From Nitrospinaceae bacterium (lineage in GTDB: Bacteria; Nitrospinota; Nitrospinia; Nitrospinales; VA-1), in the NCBI GenBank assembly GCA_046754465.1, contig JBHHVU010000048.1, forward strand, positions 1 through 23,866: a stretch of DNA of 23,866 bases, in the 5' to 3' direction. Positions 10,966 to 18,538 of this stretch are shown here, in pieces. How positions within the stretch are numbered: position 1 is the first letter of the stretch; the number at the start of each line of letters is the position of its first letter. Under the pieces are notes generated by a model, which was not told the DNA's origin, ran no database searches, and was given only the letters and a program-made list of their open reading frames with translations. Both the position numbers and the translations under genes were made by a program.

Positions 10966-12201
10966 TTAACGGCCTTTTTTAGAATGGGGTGATAGCAGAT
11001 CCTCATAAATTTTTTTCAGGTGCGCCGTTTGTTTTTCCCAGGTTCCATAATCGGAGCGGACGGTGTTCAACGCGTTTTGACCCAGCCGTTCCCTCAGGCC
11101 AGGGTCCCCGAGGAGGGTGAGAAGGGATTCCTCCAGCGCCGCCGGGGACTTGGGGGGAACCAGAAGCCCCTCCCGTCCGTGGGTGATCATTTCCGGGATG
11201 CCGCCGACCGTGGTGGCGATGATGGGGAGTCCGCAGGCCATGGCTTCCAGGAGAATGTTGGGACTCCCATCCAACAGGCTGGGAAGGACGAACAGGTCCG
11301 CCGCGTTGAGCCAGAGGGGCATAGTGGTTTCGTCCTGCATTCCCGCGAAAACCAGGCAGCCGTCCAACCCCTGGGAATGCGCCATCGCCGACAGGGAGTC
11401 CCGGGTTTCGCCATCCCCTACGAAGATGAATCGCACATCGGGGTGCTTCTTAATGACTGGGGGAATGGCCCGGATCAGGTGTTCGTGTCCTTTCGAGGCG
11501 GACAACCGGCACGCGCATAAAACGAGGGTTTTATTTTGCGGCTGCGATAGTTTTTCCCTGGCCTTCGATTTCTCCAATGGACTGAACCGATCCAGCTCGA
11601 TGCCGTTTGAAATGACGTGGACATGGTTCCCGGTCACCCCCAATTCCGTCAGATGCTCCTTGAATTGGGAACTCTGGCAGATGATGGCATCGGCATGACC
11701 CAGGCAGCGGCGAAGGATTGACGAGAGGACAGGTATTTTCAGAAGCAGAATGTCGGCCCCCGAAAGGCGAACGGCCACGGGAACGCCCTTGAGCGCCTTG
11801 ACACCCAAGGCGATGAGAGCGCTGACGGACCAGAAGGTTTGAAAAATGCCGGTATCCCGTTGAGCCCGCAACGCGGCCAGGAAAAAGGAGGTGAGAAAAA
11901 ACGGCAATTGCAACAGGCGCAGGGCGTTTTTTCGGATTCGGCTGATCATTCCCGCCCCATAGGCCAGGGACTGCATCCGGGCCGGAAAAAAGTACCGGAA
12001 CCGGGTCACTTCAGGTTCGCACCATGAATTGGCGGGGTCCGCCCGCGAATCGTGGGGGGCGATCACCCGCACGCCGCAACCGGAACGCGCCAATTCCCGC
12101 GCGTATTTATATACGAAGGTGCCCGCGGAATCTCCCTCGAAGCGGGGAAATGAGGTTGTAAGGATTGTGATTTTCAAATTTCCGTTTCGCTGGTGTGACA
12201 A
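10966..12201 (-). CDS. Glycosyltransferase family 4 (GT-B fold)
   Basis: TTSFPR N-terminus, ISNGIE, RLSASKG, FVGDG, ADLFVLPSLLDGSPNILLEAMACGLPIIATTVGGIPE. TTG start, exact start uncertain. Confidence 0.9.
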   Translation of the reverse strand: MSHQRNGNLKITILTTSFPRFEGDSAGTFVYKYARELARSGCGVRVIAPHDSRADPANSWCEPEVTRFRYFFPARMQSLAYGAGMISRIRKNALRLLQLPFFLTSFFLAALRAQRDTGIFQTFWSVSALIALGVKALKGVPVAVRLSGADILLLKIPVLSSILRRCLGHADAIICQSSQFKEHLTELGVTGNHVHVISNGIELDRFSPLEKSKAREKLSQPQNKTLVLCACRLSASKGHEHLIRAIPPVIKKHPDVRFIFVGDGETRDSLSAMAHSQGLDGCLVFAGMQDETTMPLWLNAADLFVLPSLLDGSPNILLEAMACGLPIIATTVGGIPEMITHGREGLLVPPKSPAALEESLLTLLGDPGLRERLGQNALNTVRSDYGTWEKQTAHLKKIYEDLLSPHSKKGR

Positions 12202-12230
12202 GGGAATTCAGGAAAAAACGCCCACCCGGT

Positions 12231-13097
12231 TCATTTCAGTTTCCTGATTCCGAAGGTCTCCCGGAAAAGATGTTTCACGACGAATAACATGTTTTCCTTC
12301 TTTTCGGCGAGCCGGCGCAGGGTGTACGGAAGCCAGGATTTTCCAAAGGGCGTGTAGACGCGCACCTGGAACCCTCTCTCCAACAGGGTTTTCTGCAGGT
12401 CCCTTGCCACCCCGTAAAGCATTTCAAAATACAGGGAGCGTTTGTCGATTTTTTCTTTCTCAATGAAAGAAAGGATCTTTACCAGGAGATATTCGTCATG
12501 GGTGGCGATGGCCGGCTGGTACCCTTCTTTCAGGAGCGGGAACGCCAGCTTTAAAAAGTTTTCCCGGATGTCATCCATCGACTGGAAGGCAATCGAGTCC
12601 GGTTCCTTGTAAGCTCCTTTACACAGCCGAACCGAGATCCCGTTTTCGATCAACGTATTTAAATCCGACTGGGTCCGGAACAGATAAGCCTGCAGGGCCT
12701 GGCCCAGATTCTTGTGACGGGGATGCAACTCCAGGCATTGGTCCAGAATGGCTTGGGTGTGATGGGAACCCTCCATGTCGAACCGCACGGTATGGTTTCC
12801 CGCCGCCAAAAGAATTTCTTCAAGATTGTTCTTGCAAAAATCCTTGTCGATATCCAGACCCATCTGCGTCAGCTTGATGGAAAAATCCATGGGATGCGTA
12901 TTGGACCCGACTTCCCGCAACAGATCGAGGTAGGCTTTTTTCGCGGTTTCCGCCTGCTCGGCGTTGGTGACATTTTCTCCCAAGATATCCAGGGACGAAA
13001 AATACCCGCTTTCCTGGAGGTTGTAAACGGACTTCAAGGCCGTATCAAGGTCTTCTCCGGCAATAAATCTCTTGGCAAAAGGATATAATAGATTCAT
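12231..13097 (-). CDS. Monofunctional proline dehydrogenase (FAD)
   Basis: RFIAGE, LDILGE, SIKLTQMGL, RFDMEGS, LQAYLFRT, VRLCKGAYKEP, IATHD, FEMLYGV, RVYTPFG, PYTLRRLAE; 288 aa; strong GGGAGGTG Shine-Dalgarno upstream. Confidence 0.93.
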   Translation of the reverse strand: MNLLYPFAKRFIAGEDLDTALKSVYNLQESGYFSSLDILGENVTNAEQAETAKKAYLDLLREVGSNTHPMDFSIKLTQMGLDIDKDFCKNNLEEILLAAGNHTVRFDMEGSHHTQAILDQCLELHPRHKNLGQALQAYLFRTQSDLNTLIENGISVRLCKGAYKEPDSIAFQSMDDIRENFLKLAFPLLKEGYQPAIATHDEYLLVKILSFIEKEKIDKRSLYFEMLYGVARDLQKTLLERGFQVRVYTPFGKSWLPYTLRRLAEKKENMLFVVKHLFRETFGIRKLK

Positions 13098-13197
13098 GAA
13101 ATCACCTCCCGTGGGGAAAGAAAGTGATCCTGGTTTCGCCGAAGTCCTTCTACATGGCCCTCGTTAATAATATACATCCATTGACGCAATTTTAAAC

Positions 13198-13210
13198 TAA
13201 ATATTTGATA
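13198..13210 (-). promoter_or_regulatory. IHF-consensus site upstream of the proline dehydrogenase gene
   Basis: Minus strand TATCAAATATTTA is an exact WATCAA-N4-TTR match, within an AT-rich tract. Confidence 0.4.
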
Positions 13211-13263
13211 TTTTAAGATTTTATTAAGTTGTAAGGAGGGGGGGCGGGGCCGGGCAGGGGCTC

Positions 13264-13662
13264 TCATTCCGCAAAATCATTGAGCATCAACCTTGTGTTC
13301 TGTATGATTTCCGCGGCGGCCGGTTTTCCCGTTTCGGTGACCCCATTCCTGACCTTCACCCTCATGCGGGTGGTCTTGGAGTTGAGGGCCTCCAGTTCGA
13401 TGAGAAGATCGAAGTCGATGGTTGTTCCCTTGATTTTTTTTCCGGTGCGGGTCCGATCGTTGTCGAGAATCAGGATTTCCATATCATACAAGACCCGCTG
13501 AGTGGCCTCATCCACCAGATTTACGGGGTAGTTGAGGGTTTGATGGGCATAATTGGGATTGGAGGAAAAAAAGTCCGGACCCATTCCACCGGCCCCCATC
13601 CCGGCGCAATTTGAAATCCATGGGATGAGGAAGAGGATCGATACTGTCTTCAAATTCCACAT
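13264..13662 (-). CDS. Putative lipoprotein, DUF3568-like
   Basis: From ATG 13662: MWNLKTVSILFLIPWISNCAG (short hydrophobic stretch then Cys, lipobox-like), a Gly-rich linker, then an alpha/beta pattern (VDEATQRVL..., IELEALNSKTTRMRVKV, AAEII) recalling DUF3568. Family assignment from memory. Confidence 0.6.
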   Translation of the reverse strand: MWNLKTVSILFLIPWISNCAGMGAGGMGPDFFSSNPNYAHQTLNYPVNLVDEATQRVLYDMEILILDNDRTRTGKKIKGTTIDFDLLIELEALNSKTTRMRVKVRNGVTETGKPAAAEIIQNTRLMLNDFAE

Positions 13663-13810
13663 GAATTTCGCGTCAGCTTTTGGGGAAAAAGGCTTGATCC
13701 GGTAAATGGGTTTGAGTTTTGCATTGGTTCTTCCCGGGAAATCCTGCCCCTTCCGAAATGGGGCAAGATTCCCGGTGGAGACAGGATCACTTCTTGGATA
13801 GGGATAGAAG

Positions 13811-13826
13811 AGCAATCTTCATGCCG
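13811..13826 (-). promoter_or_regulatory. Sigma54 (-24/-12) promoter of the lipoprotein gene
   Basis: Minus strand CGGCATGAAGATTGCT with exact GG-N10-GC spacing and TTGCT, about 150 nt upstream of ATG 13662. Confidence 0.65.
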
Positions 13827-13892
13827 AAAAATTTCGTTTGAAAAACGGTGGCTTCCTTTCCCCGCGTTGGAAAGGGGTGCGGCAAGTTGATC

Positions 13893-13919
13893 GATTTTTT
13901 AATAATTGTTTAAAAAATC
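13893..13919. repeat. Perfect 10-bp inverted repeat GATTTTTTAA-N7-TTAAAAAATC
   Basis: Arms at 13893-13902 and 13910-13919, about 70-90 bp upstream of the sigma54 motif. Confidence 0.6.
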
Positions 13920-14151
13920 AGACAGCCCGGACTTAAGGTTTTGCTTGAAGGATTGGAGTCAGTACGTCCGGTGGGTGGAGGAATTTCTCTTGGGTGGTCC
14001 TGTTTTCCAAGGTGGGCCGCCGGCACTGAAACAGAATCGGCAAGTTCAAATTCATTTCCCGCTTCAATATAATATTTTTAACGGATTGTTATATTGGGAT
14101 TTATACAAAAAAAGCGGGATGACCCCGGAGAGACCGGGGTTGCCATTCATT

Positions 14152-14164
14152 TAAACATTTGATT
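14152..14164 (-). promoter_or_regulatory. IHF-consensus site
   Basis: Minus strand AATCAAATGTTTA is an exact WATCAA-N4-TTR match. Confidence 0.4.
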
Positions 14165-14250
14165 TTTTATGATATTTACGATTAAATTTAAGGCCCGATT
14201 TTTCCAGGGGGTCTTTTCAACATATTTATTCAATCAGTACCACCCAAAAT

Positions 14251-14292
14251 GATCCCGGCGCCGCGCCGTTCCGGGGTTTGACTTTTTTTTTT
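14251..14292 (+). terminator. Possible intrinsic terminator/attenuator hairpin
   Basis: GATCCCGG (14251-14258) pairs with CCGGGGTT (14271-14278) including G-U pairs, 12-nt loop, followed after 4 nt by T10 (14283-14292). Confidence 0.35.
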
Positions 14293-14369
14293 CAAAATAT
14301 TCATTCATTCGGGGTTCGGCCTTATTTTGGGGAGGAAGTTTTGGCCGCAAACGGACGGGAGGTATTTTT

Positions 14370-14456
14370 ATGACTTTTGTTTGTTTGTTGTTGTGGGGGG
14401 TGGCGGGCGTGACCGTAATTTCGGTTCTTTTTTATTTTTATTCCCATGGCAAATAA
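14370..14456 (+). CDS. Small 28-aa single-pass membrane protein (MTFVCLLLWGVAGVTVISVLFYFYSHGK)
   Basis: GGGAGGT Shine-Dalgarno at 14357-14363, 6-nt spacer, ATG 14370, TAA 14454-14456; about 22 consecutive uncharged, mostly hydrophobic residues. Below the ORF-track length cutoff. Confidence 0.55.
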   Translation: MTFVCLLLWGVAGVTVISVLFYFYSHGK

Positions 14457-14515
14457 CATAATCCGCGAATTGTCATGGGAACTTCCGTGCCGATTCAATT
14501 GGGTAGGGTGAATTT

Positions 14516-16336
14516 TCAGGGGCTTTCCCCGTGGGACAGGTTCTTGTCCAGATTGTAAGCGGCGCTGATCAAGGCGAGATGCGTGAACGCTTGCGGAAAA
14601 TTCCCGAGATGCTCCCCCCGGGGACCTAGTTCCTCGGAATAGAGTCCCAGGTGATTTGCGTAACCCAGCATTTTTTCAAATAGAAACCGGGCTTTCCGAA
14701 GATCCCCGGACCGGGAAATACATTCCACATACCAGAAGGAGCACATGCAGAAGGTTCCTTCCTCACCCTGCAAACCATCCGGCGTGCCATTCCTCAATTT
14801 GTAACGGTAAACCAGGGAATCGTCTACCAGGTCTTCCTCGATGGCTTTCAGGGTGGATAACCATTTGGGATCCTTGGGGCTGATGAATTTAACCAACGGC
14901 ATCAATAAATTGGACGCGTCCATGTTGGTGGATCCTTTGTATTGGACAAAAGCTTTTCTTTTGGGATCCCAGAAATGGGCGAAGATTTCGTTGTAGATCG
15001 CATCACGGGTTTTTTGCCAGCGTTCCATGGGCGCCGGAAAAGAGCGTTTCATCGCCAGGCGGATTCCCCTGTCCAGCGCCACCCAGCACATCAGCCGGGA
15101 ATAGAGAAATTCCCGCTGCCCGCCGCGGACTTCCCAAATGCCTTCATCCTTCCTGTACCAGTTTTTGCAAACCCAGTTCACCAGGTGAACCACATGTTTC
15201 CAGAGATCATGCGAAGCCGCCGCTCCATATTTGTCATAGAGGTAAATGGTATCCATCAATTCCCCGTAAATGTCCAGTTGCAGTTGTTGATAAGCGGCGT
15301 TGCCGATCCGTATCGGAGAAGACCCCCGGTATCCCTCTAAATGGTGGAGATAGCTTTCGGGCAATTCCCGGCGTCCGTCCAGCCCGTACATGATCTGCAG
15401 GGAGCCGTCATCGTTGAGCAGTCCGCAAGTGGATTGCAGCCAGTTCATGAAAGCGGCGGCCTCCTCGGTGAAACCCAGCCGGATAAAACCGTAAATGGTG
15501 AACGCGGCGTCCCGGATCCAGGTATAACGGTAATCCCAGTTCCTTTCCCCGCCGATTTCCTCCGGCAGGCCAAAGGTGGGGGCGGCGACCATGGAACCGT
15601 TAGGTTTGGAAGTCAGTAGTTTCAGCAGCAGGCCGGACCGGTTGACCGTTTCCCGCCAACGTCCCCGGTAGGTCGATTTGCTGATCCAGTTTCTCCAGAA
15701 ATTGACGGTGTTTTTGAAGGATTCGGAAACATATTTGGGGGAAGAGGCGGGAGATTCCTCGCCCGCGTGAATTTCTTCCAGGATGAATGAAATCGATTTC
15801 CCCTTTTGCAATTTAAATTCCGCTACCGCGGCTCCATTTTCTATTTTCAAGGGAAGGGAACATCGCAAAAAAAGATCGGGACGATCCTTGCCCTCGGAAA
15901 GGAAAAGGACGCCATTGCTTTTAATTTCCACCTTGTGTTCCGTCCGGCCATAATCGAAACGCGGGGCGCATATCATTCGATAATGGAACTCCCCCTTCAC
16001 GGTTTTGGCCCGCCGGATGATACGGTGGGTGTGACCCTCCGCCACCGGCATGAAATCGGAGATTTCCGCCACCCCTTCCTGGGAAAGAAAACGGGTCAAC
16101 AGGACATTGGTGTCGGGGAAATAGAGTTGCTTGTGCCGGACTTCCTTCAGGCAGGGGGCGATCTTGAACCGGCCGCCCTTTCGGTGATCCAGCAAGGCCG
16201 CGAAAATAGCCGGCGAATCGAAATGAGGAAAACACATGAAATCGATCGAGCCGTCCATTCCCACCAGGGCGACGGTGTGAAGGTTGCCAATGACCCCGTA
16301 ATTCTCAATGGGCTGATAATCAGCGTTTTCCGACAC
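14516..16336 (-). CDS. Glycoside hydrolase family 15 protein (trehalase/glucoamylase-like)
   Basis: IENYGVIGNLHTVALV..DGSIDFMCFPHFDSP N-terminal domain, AAPTFGLPEEIGGERNWDYRYTWIRD, QLDIYGE, DEGIWEVRG, EGTFCMCSFW, GLYSEE, LGNFPQAFTH. Likely start GTG 16336 (AAGGA upstream); ORF track gives 16372. Confidence 0.92.
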   Translation of the reverse strand: MSENADYQPIENYGVIGNLHTVALVGMDGSIDFMCFPHFDSPAIFAALLDHRKGGRFKIAPCLKEVRHKQLYFPDTNVLLTRFLSQEGVAEISDFMPVAEGHTHRIIRRAKTVKGEFHYRMICAPRFDYGRTEHKVEIKSNGVLFLSEGKDRPDLFLRCSLPLKIENGAAVAEFKLQKGKSISFILEEIHAGEESPASSPKYVSESFKNTVNFWRNWISKSTYRGRWRETVNRSGLLLKLLTSKPNGSMVAAPTFGLPEEIGGERNWDYRYTWIRDAAFTIYGFIRLGFTEEAAAFMNWLQSTCGLLNDDGSLQIMYGLDGRRELPESYLHHLEGYRGSSPIRIGNAAYQQLQLDIYGELMDTIYLYDKYGAAASHDLWKHVVHLVNWVCKNWYRKDEGIWEVRGGQREFLYSRLMCWVALDRGIRLAMKRSFPAPMERWQKTRDAIYNEIFAHFWDPKRKAFVQYKGSTNMDASNLLMPLVKFISPKDPKWLSTLKAIEEDLVDDSLVYRYKLRNGTPDGLQGEEGTFCMCSFWYVECISRSGDLRKARFLFEKMLGYANHLGLYSEELGPRGEHLGNFPQAFTHLALISAAYNLDKNLSHGESP

Positions 16337-16452
16337 GGCGAGAGTTCCTTTCTTTAATCGGCCCGATGCCACGATTCAGAAGATAACCAGGGCTCGGGGA
16401 GGGGATCTAAATATGACACAAATTCCTGCCAAACCCAACCGCTTCTGTTTCG

Positions 16453-18468
16453 TCAACGGGCCGGGGCGTGACAACAAACATAGGTCCTGTCCGATCCGGT
16501 TTTTCCCGGATACTGGGTTTCGCATTTCCGGGCCAGGGGCGAGCCCGGGGGTTCCTGGAGGTATAGGGGACACCGCGGGTGGAAATGGCAGCCCGGAGGG
16601 GGATCGCGCGGAGAAGGGACATCCCCCACCAACGGTTCGAAGGGTTGGCGCTCACCCAGCGAGGGGACGGCTTCCAAAAGGGAACGCGTGTAAGGGTGCC
16701 GTGGCTTCTCGAAGATGTCATTGACCGGGGCGTGCTCGACGATGCGCCCAAGATACATGATAGCCACGGTATCGGCCATGTACCGAACCACGCTCAGGTT
16801 ATGGCTGATGAAAAGATACGTTAACCCCCGTTTCGATTGCAGTTCCTTGAGCAGGTTCAGCACCTGGGCCTGAACCGAAACGTCCAGCGCGCTGGTCGGC
16901 TCGTCCAGCACCACGAATTCCGGATTCAGGATGAGAGCCCGGGCGATGGCGACCCGCTGCCGTTGTCCCCCGGAAAATTCGTGCGGATAACGCTGCACCA
17001 CCGAGGGGTCCAGGCCGACTTCCTGGAGCACGGCTTCGATGGCTTTGCGTTTATCCCCGTCACTCTGTTCGGGTTGGTGGACCCGAAGACCCTCGCCCAC
17101 GAGATCTTCCACGGTCATCCGCGGTGAGAGCGATCCAAAGGGATCTTGAAACACAATTTGCAGGTCTTTCCGGAACTTCTTCAGTGCGGCGGTTTTCATC
17201 GACAGGAGGTTATGGCCGCGGAAAAGAACTTTCCCGACCGCCTCCCGGATCAGGCGGAGGATCGATTCCCCGAACGTTGTCTTGCCGCAGCCGGATTCCC
17301 CTACGAGCGCGACGGTAAATCCCCGTTTGATGTCGAGGTTGACGCCATCCACCGCCTTGATGTAGGCTGCCACCCGCCGGAGAATCCCTTTCCGCACCGG
17401 AAAATGGGTTTTCAGGGACCGGACTTGCAAGATAATGGATTCCTCCACCCGGCGCGGGGGAGCGGGAAGGCGTTCCTGATCGCGGTACAAACTTCTTCCA
17501 TCGCCTCCGTGTTCGAACAGGTGGCAGGCTACCCGGTGACCCGGTTCCAGAAGGTGATGGGTGCTGTCCCGTTTCCGGCACACCTCCATGACGAAGGGGC
17601 AGCGGTCCGCGAAAAGACATCCTTCCCCGTATTCGGTGGCGGGGGGAACCATCCCCGGGATGGTATTCAGCAGATAGGGGACGTCTTCCGGTTTGGGAAC
17701 CGAGTCGAAAAGCCGCCGGGTGTACGGGTGCGACATCCGGCCGAAGATCTGGCTCCGGGACCCCTGTTCCACGACCCGCCCCGCGTACATGATGCAGATT
17801 GAATCGGCCATCTGGTTGACGATCCCCATATCGTGGGTGATCAGGAGGATGCTCATTCCCGTTTGCCGCTGCAGGTCGGCCATGAGACGCAAGACCTGGG
17901 CCTGGATGGTGACATCCAGCGCTGTGGTCGGTTCGTCGGCGATCAACAGCCGCGGTTGGCAGGCGAGGGCCATGGCGATCATCACCCGTTGCTTCATTCC
18001 CCCGGAAAGCTGGTGGGGGAAATCGTTGATTCGCTTGTTCGGTTCGGGAATGCCCACCTGGGCCAGCAACTCAACTGCCCGTTCCCGGGCTGGCCCTTTC
18101 TGGACCATTTTGTGAATACGCAACGGTTCCGTCAATTGGTTGCCCACCCGGTAAAGCGGATTGAGGGAGGTCATGGGTTCCTGAAAGATCATGGACAGTG
18201 CGTTGCCGCGCAGGCGCCGCATTTCCTCATCGGTCTGGGTCATGAGATCCTTATTTTGAAATAGAACCTCCCCGGAAGGATGATACCCGTTTTCCGCGAT
18301 CAGCCGCATGATGGAAAATGCCGTCTGGGTCTTGCCGCAGCCCGATTCTCCCACGATCGCCAGGGTTTTCCCTTGTTCCAATTGGAAGGAAACCCCGTCC
18401 ACCGCGCGGGCGGTCTGGTCGAATCCGACTTTGAAATGGGTGCGGAGGTTTTTAACTTCTAACAGCAT
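16453..18468 (-). CDS. Peptide ABC transporter ATP-binding protein with two fused NBDs (DppD-DppF fusion, in the YejF position)
   Basis: Two Walker A GESGCGKT, signatures LSGGMKQR and FSGGQRQR, two DEPT Walker B, two HPYT motifs each followed by a Cys-rich tail. Confidence 0.93.
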   Translation of the reverse strand: MLLEVKNLRTHFKVGFDQTARAVDGVSFQLEQGKTLAIVGESGCGKTQTAFSIMRLIAENGYHPSGEVLFQNKDLMTQTDEEMRRLRGNALSMIFQEPMTSLNPLYRVGNQLTEPLRIHKMVQKGPARERAVELLAQVGIPEPNKRINDFPHQLSGGMKQRVMIAMALACQPRLLIADEPTTALDVTIQAQVLRLMADLQRQTGMSILLITHDMGIVNQMADSICIMYAGRVVEQGSRSQIFGRMSHPYTRRLFDSVPKPEDVPYLLNTIPGMVPPATEYGEGCLFADRCPFVMEVCRKRDSTHHLLEPGHRVACHLFEHGGDGRSLYRDQERLPAPPRRVEESIILQVRSLKTHFPVRKGILRRVAAYIKAVDGVNLDIKRGFTVALVGESGCGKTTFGESILRLIREAVGKVLFRGHNLLSMKTAALKKFRKDLQIVFQDPFGSLSPRMTVEDLVGEGLRVHQPEQSDGDKRKAIEAVLQEVGLDPSVVQRYPHEFSGGQRQRVAIARALILNPEFVVLDEPTSALDVSVQAQVLNLLKELQSKRGLTYLFISHNLSVVRYMADTVAIMYLGRIVEHAPVNDIFEKPRHPYTRSLLEAVPSLGERQPFEPLVGDVPSPRDPPPGCHFHPRCPLYLQEPPGSPLARKCETQYPGKTGSDRTYVCCHAPAR

Positions 18469-18538
18469 GATAGGGCCTCTCTAAATGGGATTCCCCTGGG
18501 GGAGGAAGGGGAATGGCCCGTGACGGTGGAAATGGATA

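Noticed and set aside
13880..14046. Direct repeat CGGCAAGTT at 13880 and 14038
   Set aside because: Only two 9-bp copies, compatible with chance; not a CRISPR or iteron array.
13906..14154. 82-aa ORF in the large intergenic region
   Set aside because: TTG start inside a palindrome, no SD, no recognisable protein features, and it crosses AT-rich regulatory-looking DNA.
16417..16432. Minus-strand TGGCAGGAATTTGT upstream of GH15 as a sigma54 promoter
   Set aside because: Spacing is one base short and the conserved GC is absent.
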